From Conidiobolus incongruus B7586 (Eukaryota): a stretch of DNA of 53,060 nt. This document shows positions 12,243 to 24,990 of the stretch, piece after piece; position 1 is the first letter of the stretch; every line of letters starts with the position of its first letter. The notes beneath the pieces are model-generated. The model saw nothing but the letters and a program-made list of their open reading frames with translations. It searched no databases and was not told the origin of the DNA. The translations under genes and the position numbers were made by a program. Location of the stretch: contig JNEM01011801.1 in assembly GCA_000697335.1 (NCBI GenBank), forward strand, positions 1 to 53,060, written 5' to 3'.

Positions 12243-12999
12243 AATATTAGTATATATAAATAAATAAAAAATAAAAGTTTAATAAACATAAAAATAATAA
12301 ACTATAAGAATATTATAAATATTTTTTGATCAATTGGTTGACACATTATAATGATATATGATTTTAGTGATCATATTAACTCATTACAATTTGCTACTTT
12401 TGTTCCCCCTTTCCTCATTTGGATGTGAACGAAATTTTGAAAATGATCAATTAAACTTAAAAAACAATTCTAATGTAAACTTTAAAAACCCTTATTACAT
12501 AAAATATTCTAGAATTTCTATTTAGAATTCGAAAATTTGTAAAAAATTTGAAAGTGTGCCTAACAAAGTTTTAAATTGAATCAATTTACAAATTGGTTTA
12601 AGGTATGAATGATAGATTGATGTGATTGGGGCTATTCTAAATGGAGGGTAAGTGATCTGTTGAGGTGTGGTGATATTAAGTTCCAATCATAAGATTCCCT
12701 CATTGGCTACGCTCTCATTATATTTAATAATGTGAAATTGTTGATGCTATAAATTGAAGGGATATCATAATGAATTTATAAAAACTTGTCCATTTGAAAT
12801 AATATTATTAATTGTTTTATTTTTAGTTGTAGTGGTGGACTGTTAGTGTGTTAAATTTAAACTATCAGGAATTCAATTATTGAATCTATCTCCTATAATT
12901 TTATTACTTTTTATTGGGTCAAAACTTAGCTTCTTATCAACTTTTATCTCCTTTTTAAATTTTTTGTATATGAATTTAACAAAACATTCTTGATTCAGT

Positions 13000-13778
13000 A
13001 TGCCAGTTGGTAAATACCTACAAAAGAAACGCTTGGCGAAGTATTCGCAAGGGTATATTCAGTACGAAAAATTAATTCACTATATGAAGGAGGTGATGGA
13101 CCTGGACAAACGCAAATTTAGTCATTTTGCTTTTGATATTATTCCCAACCCCAAGGGTACCGGCTATTTGGTCACTCCTAAAGTTTCCCAAGAAGAAATT
13201 GAAGAGTGTTACTCTAAATTTGTATTGGAATTAAGGCACGAGTTGGATAGGGTCGACTCTTATTTTATCAATTTTGTTAACCAAGTCGAATTGAAGTTGA
13301 ATATTATTAAGAGTGAATTATTTGATAAGGTGAGATTTATTATTATATATTTTTCAAATTATATTGTATTAATGTTTCTATTATTTAGACTTTTAATACT
13401 CACTATTGGACAACTAAAGAAAATAACCAATTTCACTTCCAAAACTTACTCAAAGAGCTTGAAGTCATTAAGAGTATTATTGAAGATTTCAAAACCAACA
13501 TCATACCTATTAATAAGTTCACCCTCATAAAGATCTATGAAAAACAACAATACTTGGTAGGTCAAACTTCTTCCAAGTTGGAAACTTATGACAATGGGAA
13601 AGACTATTTGAATTGGGAGCTTGACACTTGGATGGATCAACCTCTAATTAATCGCTATGTATTTTGCTCCAACGGCTGTGCTATTGTGACCAATTTGTTG
13701 AAAAAGGTGGATTGTTTGATTTCAAAGTGCAGGATCAAGTTTTTGCCCAAGGTCTTGAATGAAGAGTTGATATTTTGA
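13000..13778 (+). CDS. Stand-alone divergent SPX-domain protein (2 exons: 13000-13329, 13389-13778; ~239 aa)
   Basis: N-terminus MPVGKYL..YIQYEKL resembles the SPX MKFGK.L..YIDY..L motif. FVLELRHELDRVDSYF resembles F...L..EL.KV..F, and exon 2 INKFTLIKIYEK resembles LN..GF.KI.KK. GT-AG intron 13330-13388 restores an open frame. Confidence 0.7.
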
Positions 13779-14268
13779 GTAATGCTATTTCATTCCACTT
13801 CCCTCCTCCCTTCCGATCCCTTTATCTTTCATTTCGTTCTCCATTATTCTGTCTATTGATTTGTTCTCCTTTACCCCCCATCTATCATTCCGTCGATTTT
13901 ATCCGTTATCCTATGATTTTTGATTTAATGCTAGCGTTTAGCATTTATCCTTATCTTCTCTCACCACATATTGTATATTAGCTCTACTTATATTAACCTG
14001 ATTATATGATTATTCTATTAGTGTTAACTCAATTAATATTTTATCAATTTAATAAATAATATTTTTAAAATTTAATTTTAATATCTTTGATTCCAATATA
14101 ATTATTGTTAAATAATATTTAATATGATTTCAATATTTTATAAATGATATTTGGATTAAATAATAGTCATTCAATCTATCAAAAATTTATCTAATCACCA
14201 ATTATTATCCAATCATATGTATATAAAATAAAAAACTAATTTATTCATGTCCAATTTAACAACTTTCC

Positions 14269-16187
14269 TTAATGCTTGACACCTTTCTTCAAAAAATCAC
14301 CAAAGAAATTACTCAATTTTTCGGCATTCTCGGGAGCAATAGGTGTATTAGATGAAGATTCGGCAGGTGTCGAAGTAGTTGGTGAAGGTGAGGTACCTTG
14401 ATTTACCGAAGGATTGAGGTTAGCTCCAAATGTCTATAAAACATCATTAGTACTGAAGTAAAAAAACAAATAATGGAAATTTACCTGATTTAAAGAAGGA
14501 GAATGTACTTTGCCGAGGGTACCTACATAATTCAAGTTACCGTTGACTTTGGTGTTGGAAGCATCTGAAGTATTGAGTAAGATATTGAATTGCTCCTGCA
14601 GGAAATCTTGTTCCGGATAAGCTTCGATAGGAGGATCGTGAGATTGTGTTCTCTATTCAAATATTTAGTTTAATCAAAGTAAATTAGAGATAATAGTTTA
14701 CTTGATCCTTAGAAAATGGAATCTTGACAATTGAGCAATAGTATTCATTGATACTCATCATTTCATCAGTATCATCAGCTTGTTCAGGCTCTATATAGGG
14801 CAAATATTTGGATCTTTCGTGACTCAAATCGAATTCCATACCCTGTAATACACCTTCACAGTTGAAAGTATCTCTCAAAACTCGGATCTTGTTCCAACTG
14901 TCCCAACCCGCCGGTACGAACACTTTTTCCCTATCGACGACTTGGGCCTTAAAGTTGTAATTCAATAAATAGTTGGGCAGGATTGAGATATTGTTGGTCG
15001 TTGGGAAGGATTTTGTCAAGAGGTAATTCTTGAGAAGGTTGAGACTGGCTTTGGATTGGTTGGATGTGTAAATGAGAGATGCACCATCTACCAAATTACG
15101 AATTAATTAATTGTAAATATTATTTAATATTGATGAATTTACATTGTAAGCATGTGGTACGTAAAGTTTGTTGAATAAAATCAAATTCTTCTTCTTTGTA
15201 GTTACCCTCCCTTTCGATGACTTTCATTTGATCAGACTGTAGTAATTGTTAATTATATGATTATTGTGATTATATAGTATATGAATTACCTTGGAACAAA
15301 TGACAATAATAGGAATACCCAAATTCATTGTCAAACAACCATTACTCAAAGGTAATAAAACAGAGTGATCTGTAGAGCCGTTAGTATCAGATTTCATGGC
15401 ATTTAACTTCTTTTCAGCAGATGTAGGTTCTTTGAATTCTTGAATTGTTCTCTGTACTAAGAGCAAAATTCATTAAAACCCAATCAAAAATATATTGAAT
15501 ACATCAAAATTACACTTTTCTTTAGCCTCATCAACCAACTGCTTGCCAAGGGTCCAACGATCCTTCTGACCCTCACTTCTAGCATCGCCACCACTCTCTT
15601 GAATGTTATAAACGGCAACCTCCAAGCAGGTGAGCCACTTCTGAAGATTTTGAATAAAATTCCAAGGTTTACTCCAATCCAAAAATATACAAGCTATAGT
15701 AGAAGTATAATTTTTTAAATTTAAACTGAGATTTAACAGGTTGTGAAATTGTTCGTGAGTATCGCTTAATTCAAAAAAATTGAGACGACCGATTGTATCT
15801 AATATTTTTAAATAATTATATATATTTATATATATTAATATAGTAAATTTCAAATGATAATTACCTTCCAATTCGTCTTTTAAATCAACAAAATCGTAAT
15901 TCAATCCCAAATTATTTTTAATTTCGTTATTATCGTCAATTTTAACATAATCTTCATTATTATCATTTTCTTGCTTATCTTTCAAAATATTTTCATGTTT
16001 AAAAAATTCTATCAAACTCGATTTTCCACTATTGGGTTCACCTAAAATCGTTAGAAGTTGAACAATGACTATAAGGGAGAAATTTACCAAGTAATAGGAT
16101 ATTCTTGGTGGGGATAGCTTTGGAAGTAGCTACAGTATTTAAAATATTTGACCAAATCTCTTTGGGTGGTTCTTCAACTTCTGTCAT
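14269..16187 (-). CDS. Dynein light intermediate chain (DLIC family), multi-exon
   Basis: Exons encode EIWSNILNTV..KAIPTKNILLLG, P-loop GEPNSGKSS, LDWSKPWNF, NLGIPIIVICSK, GASLIYTS, VFVPAGWDSWNKI and the C-terminal effector helix KLSNFFGDFLKK. Several short GT-AG introns. Confidence 0.92.
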
Positions 16188-17341
16188 CGTAATTACTTAT
16201 TTAACTGGATGAAATTTGATTAATGTGAATATTAATTTGTTTTAAAATTGAATGGTATTTTACTTAAAAATAAATTAGAAATAATTAATACAAAATTAAA
16301 TGAATTTTATATAGAATAATAATATATTATTATTAATTATTAATTGTTGAATAAATGATTAGATTATTTTTAAGATTAAATAGTACTGTTAATAATATTT
16401 TATTCATCATATTTGTTGTAAGCAATTATTATGGGATAGAGGTTAATTATAATTCAGGATTTAATATTCAATTTGCCGAACAAGTAATTAAAATCAAATT
16501 TAAGTATTAATTAATAATTTGAAATGACATATTATATTATAATGTAAGTTTTTTCTTAAAGAAAGCAAAATCAAAACTATTAATTTAAAATAAATAATTT
16601 TAAAATTTTTATATTTAAAATATTAGATTAATTCAAAATAAGTGTATGAGTTTCAAAATACCAGCCTAATCATAAAAATATATCAAATTGAATATATCAC
16701 AATATGAATTAGATAAACTGTAACCATAGTTTATATCAATTAAGTTATAATAATCAATTTTAAATGCATTAGATATAATATATTCATAAAACTGTTTTTC
16801 CATTTTATTACAAAGTTGAATATATTAAAATTATATTATTATATACTAATAGAAATATTTTGTAATTTAATCCTTCCAAATTTTATTAATTTAGATATCA
16901 AAAGTGTTAAATAAATATATTAAATAATACACCAAGATGGGATATATAAATGAATTGATTATAGTTTTGTAGTTTTGATAAATTTAAAATATCTTATTTT
17001 ACGTATTGAATTTTTTTAAAAAACTGTTTTTAAATTACCATATATTTTTATTTCTATTAGAATATTCACTTTATCCAAAAAAATTCTTTTACAAAGAAAA
17101 TTACATCATCAAAAAATTTGGAGATTTGGAGAAAATTTGATATATTAGGATTTTAATCATTCAATTGGTTTGTATTATAAGGTTGGAGTTGAAGCTTCAA
17201 AACTGTCCAATTCTTAGGCATTATGGAGATTATATTGCGAATCCCAGCTGGTTCTTGCATCTTATTAGTATAAATACCCTGAGGAGTATTGGTAAGTTAT
17301 TCATCAAATCAAGTAATAATCCAATTTAATCAATTACAAAG

Positions 17342-17641
17342 ATGGTTAATTTCAAATCTCTGATCTTCACTTTTGCTTTGGTTGCTGCTGCTCCTGTTAC
17401 AGAATCTGAAAATGCCGAATTAGCAGAACAAGCCGAAGAAAACTTCTTCAACGGTGGTTGGGGTCACAACAACTGGGGAGGCCATCATGGTGGTAACTAT
17501 TACAGACGTCAATGGGGCTGGGGAGGACGCCATGGTGGAAACTACTACAGAAGACAGTGGGGCTGGGGAGGACACCATGGTGGAAACTACTACAGAAGAC
17601 AATGGGGTTGGGGAGGCCACCACGGAGGCAACTATTACTGA
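17342..17641 (+). CDS. KEP-type precursor: QWGWGG(R/H)HGGNYY x3 separated by RR
   Basis: Signal peptide, acidic pro-region ..AEQAEENFF, first unit, then 3 RR-delimited 13-mers. The last unit ends NYY-stop. Confidence 0.93.
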   Translation: MVNFKSLIFTFALVAAAPVTESENAELAEQAEENFFNGGWGHNNWGGHHGGNYYRRQWGWGGRHGGNYYRRQWGWGGHHGGNYYRRQWGWGGHHGGNYY

Positions 17642-18592
17642 ACCATTTTACCAATTTGAATCAACTCGTTTTAATTTTGAAAGTTTAATAAAGATTATAA
17701 TCGAAAGAAATTTAAAATTTATTTTCTAATTATTGAATATAAAACAAAATTATAAGTATTAGCCTAATAAAAAATGTACACTATAAATTTATAATCTGTA
17801 CCATATTACATTATACTCGTCATTGCATATTTAAACTTTTTTTTGAATATTTTGAACAAATAATTAATACAAGTTAAATATAAATAATCCAATTCAATTT
17901 AAAATTAACCAGTTGACAAGTTTTTCAGATACATTATTCAATTAGTTTATAATAATAGTTATAATATATTATTACACAAACTATATATTGAATATCAAAA
18001 TTTTGTATAGTGTATTCAATTAAATTTAAAATAAAAAAATTAATGGACTGAAGAATATTCTAACAACATTGTATCGAATATAAATATTCAATAAATAAAT
18101 CTTAATTTATAGCTTAATTATATGTTATCAGTTCTTATGATAGATCCAAAGTTAAAATCAAATTCAAATAACATTTCAGTTATTGATAATTCTGTTTGAT
18201 TTTATGATTTAAATTGTTAAATTGATATTATCAAATTAATATCACTAAGATTTCCTTTAAAGTTTAACTTAAAAAATATTGAAAATTTAACAGTTATTAT
18301 GAAATATGAAAATATATTATAAAATTAATAAAGATTAAAATTAAAGAAATTGGAATTACGAAATTTGAAAATTTGGAGCAATATGGGGGGAGAATATGGA
18401 ACTAGTAATATAACATTCACACTGAGATGATCCTTGTGTAATGGCATACTCGTTCAAGTATTCAACCCCTTGGCATGTTGGAGATGATGGACTTACCCAG
18501 AGTATTCTATTAATATAAATACACGAATAGTGTCAGTTATTAATATTATCGAATTCAATATAATTTAGTTTTAATACAATACATTAATCAAT

Positions 18593-18865
18593 ATGGTATC
18601 TTTCAAATCTTTCCTCTTCACCCTTGCTTTCGTCGCCGCTTCTCCCGTATCAGAGTCTGAGAATGCCGAATTAGCAGAACAAGCCGAAGAAAACTTCTTC
18701 AACGGTGGTTGGGGTCACAACAACTGGGGAGGCCATCATGGTGGTAATTACTACAGACGTCAATGGGGATGGGGTCACAATGGCTGGGGACATGGCGGAA
18801 ACTACTACAGACGTCAATGGGGATGGGGCCACAACGGATGGGGACATGGTGGCAACTACTACTAA
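18593..18865 (+). CDS. KEP-type precursor: QWGWGHNGWGHGGNYY x2
   Basis: Signal peptide, acidic pro-region, and RR-delimited 16-mers ending NYY-stop. Confidence 0.93.
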   Translation: MVSFKSFLFTLAFVAASPVSESENAELAEQAEENFFNGGWGHNNWGGHHGGNYYRRQWGWGHNGWGHGGNYYRRQWGWGHNGWGHGGNYY

Positions 18866-19843
18866 ACAATCTTATGAATTTCAAGTATTTTTTAATTTTC
18901 AAATTTCAATATTATACCATAATAAATCTAAAAAATTTCTCAATTGTTTTTGTATAGAAAAATATGATAAAAATATAGTATATTCAATTCATCATATTTG
19001 AAAAGTTTTAATAATACTCCAAATAAAAAGTTAGAATTACATAATATTTTTCTAATGAATATTCAATATTTATATTGTTTAAGGATGTTTCAACTTAATT
19101 TCTATATAGCATTTAATATACTGACGTGATTACTATTAATTGTAACAAATAATGATACTAAGTTTTGAAAATGGAAATGTTTGAATATTAATTTATTACA
19201 AGTAATAATTGAAGATTTAAAAGCTGAGATTTAGAACTTAAAATTGATATTTATTAATTTGATAACTAGTTGAAAATTTCAAAATTAATACATAAAATAA
19301 TAAAAGTATTAAATACTATTATATAGTTAATATAATATTGAATTTCTGTATTTTGTATTAAAATATTTTTTAAAATATATATTACTAAATTAAATATCAA
19401 ACTACTTATTTCATTAAACTAATATTGATTGTTTAATTCGGAATTTAAATTATTATCATGCTATTGTTATATCAATATAATTATTACAATTTAGATACAA
19501 ATAATAAAAATGATAGATATTTAAAAATTAATATAATAGCTTGTTATGGTTTAATCTAATTGAGACTGGAAAAAATTTGATATGAAATTAAATCAAAATT
19601 GAACCATAAGATTTAGCAATTAATTGGAGGAATATGGGGGAGAAAGTGAATCTAGTAATGCTTCACATACATTGAGTCGATCATTATGTAAGGACATGCT
19701 TGTTCAAGGCTTCATTCCACTCGACAAGTTGGAGATGATGGACTTACCCAGAGTATTCTATTAATATAAATACACGAATAGTGTCAGTTATTAATATTAT
19801 CGAATTCAATATAATTTAGTTTTAATACAATACATTAATCAAT

Positions 19844-20116
19844 ATGGTATCTTTCAAATCTTTCCTCTTCACCCTTGCTTTCGTCGCCGCTTCTCCCGTA
19901 TCAGAGTCTGAGAATGCCGAATTAGCAGAACAAGCCGAAGAAAACTTCTTCAACGGTGGTTGGGGTCACAACAACTGGGGAGGCCATCATGGTGGTAATT
20001 ACTACAGACGTCAATGGGGATGGGGTCACAATGGCTGGGGACATGGCGGAAACTACTACAGACGTCAATGGGGATGGGGCCACAACGGATGGGGACATGG
20101 TGGTAACTACTATTAA
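19844..20116 (+). CDS. KEP-type precursor, protein identical to 18593
   Basis: Identical 90-aa protein. DNA is identical to the 18593 copy from ~116 nt upstream of the ATG to near the stop. Confidence 0.93.
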   Translation: MVSFKSFLFTLAFVAASPVSESENAELAEQAEENFFNGGWGHNNWGGHHGGNYYRRQWGWGHNGWGHGGNYYRRQWGWGHNGWGHGGNYY

Positions 20117-20215
20117 TTTCATTACTAATCAATTTTTCAAAGGAATTTTAATTTTTTAAATAATAAACCTATTAATTTTGAAACTTAATTGCAAATAAAA
20201 TTCGAAATTTGATAT

Positions 20216-20253
<38 letters not shown>

Positions 20254-21303
20254 CATATCTATATTAAGGTATTAGAAATCTAAAGTAAAAATCAATATTA
20301 ATAATTAGTATGAATACCATTATAGAATTTTTATTTTGATATAATTCAATATTGAATTTCACGAATTTTAATAATTAGAAAATTATGCTGATTATTAATT
20401 AGAAATTAATCAGGATTCATTCATAAAAAACTCACAAGCATTTTAATTAAGAGTTGTATACACTAGTTTTAAAGTAATATTGTTAATTTTATTATCAATA
20501 TTCATTTCAAGTTAAATCTTTCAATCATTATCATGCATTAAGGTTTTTCTCTCAGTGAATTAATTTGACCTTATTTAATTATAATTAGTTAAAATTGTTG
20601 AAAACTAATCATAATATAATTTAGAGAATATCAACTACGATTATTTTTCAATTGGATATCTTTAGGTGATTATCATTTCAATTAACTGAAATCTACTATA
20701 AGATCAATTCAAGAGAGTTTATTTGAAAGTAATTAATATTGTTCAATATAAAATATTGATAATATTTAACTCATGATAAATTACAATTTATATCAATTTT
20801 CTACTTAGTAATTAAAATAAATATTAAAAATTTAATATTTTATTACCATATATTAATCCTTTGATATAAATTCAAAACAACACAACATTAACCTGAGTTA
20901 TTTAAAAATTTTAATTAATAATAATCTTTTGAATAGATTAATGATTTCGAGAATTATTATCAGTTGATGTTTATTGATATATTCAATTGATTCAACTGAG
21001 TTTTGAAATTTTATATTATTTAAATATTAAATTAAAATTTTCCAATTCTTTAATCATTGTTAAATCATTGAAAATTTAGTCCAATAAATTCCTTTTTTAG
21101 ATTGAAATTAAATTGTTTAATTCAAATGACTCAAAAAAAATTATCATAATACTTACAAATTTTAACTAATTTATTAAAATAACCTTATATTGAATTCATC
21201 ATGAACTAATAATGATTAATATATAATTTTTCAATGAATTCATTTTGAGTAATCGATGTCGTATAAATAGTGAGATATTTGAATAATAATTTAATTTGGA
21301 AAA

Positions 21304-22352
21304 ATGTTGTCAAAATTAATCAATAATATTTATAACCATTTTATACCTTTAAATATTGAGCGTAAAGACTTGTCGAATAAAGTCGCTTTGGTTACTGGTG
21401 GGAACGATGGTAAGAAAAGAAATATAGCTTCATTCATTTCAAGCTATTAAATTTTGATAACTCTAGGGGTTGGATTCCAAATAGCCTACCACTTAGCAAC
21501 AATGGGCAGCACTGTCATTATAGCAAGTCGAAATGTTGAAAAATCCGACAAAGCTGTCCAACTCTTGAAACACATGTCCGGTAATCGTGAAATCTTTGCC
21601 GAGCAATTGAATTTGGCGAGTTTGCAAAGTGTCATTGATTTCTCTGAGACGATCCTTGAAAAGTATCCCAGAATTGATATCTTAGTGAACAATGCGGGGA
21701 TCTTGCCCTGGAGCTATGATGTGACTGAGGATGGTTACGAGCGATGCACTCAGATCAATTATTTGGCCCCATTTATTCTGACTTTGAAGATTTTGCCATC
21801 CATTAAGAGAGCTCCTGTGGGTAGGATCGTGTTTGTTGCAAGTGAATGTAAGTTAATTAGATGTCCATATTGCTTTAAATTGATCTAATTTGTTTTTAAG
21901 TTCACTGTTATAATTACTCCTTGAAATTACCTGATGATCTTCGCCCAAGTTCCAAGGATTTTATGGGTCTTAAAACATACTCCAAGACCAAGCTCATGTT
22001 AATTATGTTCAGTAAAGAGTTAGCAAAACAACTATCATCAACCAATATCATCGTTTCATCCTTGGATCCTGGATTGGTTAAAAGCAGTGTTGCATACCGC
22101 CATCTTCCAAATAACTGGTTCGGAAGCATATTCAATTTTTTTGGATCTCTCGGTATGACACTCTTTGGGAGAAGCGCCAGCCAAGGTGCACTGAATGCTG
22201 TGTACTGCGCAACTTCTGAAAATATCGAATCGGGAGCATATTACCAAAGTTGCAAAATTGGAGATCCTAATCCAATTGCAAAGGATGATGCAATGTGTCA
22301 AAAACTTTGGGAAGAAACACTTCAATTACTTGGAATGGATTTGCATGCATAA
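21304..22352 (+). CDS. Short-chain dehydrogenase/reductase, retinol-dehydrogenase/WWOX-like (3 exons: 21304-21409, 21467-21847, 21901-22352)
   Basis: KVALVTGGNDGVG Rossmann motif across intron 1, IDILVNNAG, QINYLAPFILT, catalytic YSKTK, DPGLV and ..KLWEET. Confidence 0.92.
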
Positions 22353-23212
22353 TTCTATCTATTAACTAGTTCTATATTAACTGTATTATGGTTATATTTC
22401 TCAGTATCTAATAAAACTTATATATTTTATTTATCAAACTAATTTCTAAAGTGAATTTCATTTTCAAATAATAGTTCAATTCATACAATGGCCCAATATT
22501 AAAAATTTCTTAAAATAAAATTTGAATCAAAACAAGTTTGAAAAGAATTATAATAGCATTAATTGATAATATTCAAATTCGTATATACTAATATTTATAA
22601 AAAATTTTAGTCATCCAATTGACTAATAAATTTATTTGTTTTATGAAATCAAGATAAGAGTTGAAAAATATATATAAGTATATCCATTATCTAACTAAGA
22701 CTACGCATGTTGAAATTAAATATTTCATTGCAAACATGAGCCAGTGTATTTGTATTTCGATTCAAATAAAAATTAACGCTAATAGCGTTTATGTTATGTA
22801 GTTATTGAGTTATATCTTAAAATGTCTTTTCAATGATTCTAAACTATTATTCTTAATATATATATAATCTATATTTTCAACGTTGATCATGTGAAAACTA
22901 AATATTTACAAACATAAATTGAATTGTTTTAAGTAAATTAAAATTTTATTATAATTGATAGAAATTGGCTATCATATTTTCTTAATTTTTGATAAGGTAG
23001 AATAATATTAATAATTATTATTACACAAATGTTTAAAATTTTATAATAATATTGGGTCTTGTAAATTTTATTGCTAATTGTATTTTTAATTTCATTTATA
23101 GTAATTTTATATTATTATTAAGTCTTTCAAATTTATTGAATATTGATTTTACAAGTTATTATTTTTAAAAACATTAGTATTTTATGCATATGTTTTGTTC
23201 TATAATAAGCTT

Positions 23213-23541
23213 GTAAATAAAGATCGTTGTTAGAAAAGTATTCATAATACAATTTAGTAGCTTATTTATTAATCCTGCGCTTTAAAGTATTGGGATTTTA
23301 TGTCTTAAAGCTGGCTTACTGTTGAGATGTCATAGCAGAATATTCAGAAAAAAGCAACCCACTTCTATCCTGGTCACTTCTAGGTTTAAATTATTGATTA
23401 AGTGAGTGGCATAGGAGTTAGATAATTTCTAATAAAAGGAGCTAAAAAACATCCTTTGTTTATAAACTAACAAAACCACTAAAAATGAGAAAAAGTAAAG
23501 ACTAAACTATCAGATCAAAATAGGCAGGTATTTTTGAAATA
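23213..23541 (+). repeat. Dispersed repeat, copy 2 (diverged, with extra segments)
   Basis: Shares blocks gtaaataaaga..gttgttagaaaagta, ctgttgaga, atagcagaatat and ttttgaaata with 10106-10364. Confidence 0.75.
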
Positions 23542-23929
23542 GCACACTTAGTATTATATATAATGATTTAAATTACTAATTACCATATTTTAATTGATAT
23601 AATTTGCTTTTATTATCAATTAATTTGACTATAATTAATAATAAAAAATTAATACTTTTAAGCTAAATAATGTTTAAAGCTGAATAATAAATAAATAAAA
23701 ATAAATTCATAAAAAATATAATATTTATAACTATTAATTAATATATTTGTTTCATTATAATAAAATATTAATTATGTATTCTTAAAATTAATTACCTTTA
23801 GATTTGAAAAAATCAAAATTTTTTAATTTTTGATTGTTTTAAATATTTTAATAATTTTAAATAATAAAATATATACATAATCAATAAGAAAATAAATAGT
23901 TTTAATTTTTATATATAAAGGCTTTTTTG

Positions 23930-24990
23930 ATGAAAAAATTTTATTAAAATTTATTATTTAATTTAATTATACTTAGACTAAATAATAATTATCAAAAATT
24001 TTATTTTAGTATTAATAAAATTTAACCATAAACCCTTTAAAATTATTTAAAATTTCCAAGTTATTTTTAATAATAAAAAATAATTTAAATTTACTATTGA
24101 TTACTAGGTAAATTATTTTTAAGTAAAAACAAAAGGTATTTAAAACTTAATAAAATTTAAAAAACTAATTTCAACTATCACCTATTTAATTATTAGTAGA
24201 GTTAAAAAATATATTAAAAGATATCTTTCTATTTCAACTAAAAAATCATTAAAATACTTTAATATTAGCTATATAAATATTCTATATATAAAGTTTAGAT
24301 TTAAATTAACTAGTAAAAATATAAAGTGAGTAAATTATAATTTAACTAAAGCTTCAAAAAATAGTAGTAGCTGTTATTAAACTAAACTTATTAAAATATA
24401 ACTAAAGAATAAAACTTCTATAATATATTATTATAATAGATAAATTTCAAGTCCCTTTATATATTTTTTATTAAAATATGAATTAAAAAATTAAATTAAA
24501 TTAAATTAATCTTATCTATAAATTTTTTTAAATAAGAAAATTATTGATATATTATGGTTATTATTGAAATAAACTATAATATTATATATTACCCTTATTT
24601 AATTTTTAAAGGAAAATTAATTAATAATAAATTTTATATTAATTTTTTCAAATAAAATAATATCTAATTAATATTTTTAAGATAATTTAAAAAATAATAT
24701 TATTTTATATATTAATTATAAAATATATAAATTTAACATTGTAAAATATTTTTTAATTAAAAATAAATAGAAAAAAAATACCATTTCTAATATATTTTTT
24801 AGATTATAGCTTATATGATTATAATAGTTTTAAGTAAATAAAAAACTAGCTTAGAAAAAAGAAAATTTCTATAGGAAAATTCAATTAGTATGTAAAATAT
24901 TAAATTTTTATCTTTAGCAAACTTTTAACACTTAAAAAGCATTATATTTATTATAAATACAGTAAAAAGTTATTAATAATAATAAAAAAG
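23930..24990 (+). mobile_element. Hypermutated mariner transposase relic, family 2 copy A (bounds approximate)
   Basis: Colinear with 51860-52920 (e.g. aaccataaaccctttaaaattatttaaaatt). Translates to KNIK*VNYNLTKA (WVPH.LT) and IPFLIYFLDYSLYDY (LPHPPYSPD..P.DY). Confidence 0.75.

Noticed and set aside
10700..12345. Terminal inverted repeats for the 11186 mariner relic
   Set aside because: Only weak, ambiguous matches in AT-rich DNA, so element ends were not called.
13775..13981. 68-aa ORF following the SPX gene
   Set aside because: Pyrimidine-rich 3'UTR-like sequence with a non-ATG start overlapping the stop codon.
17480..17640. 33-48 nt tandem DNA repeats in KEP genes resembling a CRISPR array
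   Set aside because: The repeats are in-frame coding units with synonymous third-position variation and no unique spacers. There are no cas genes and the context is eukaryotic.
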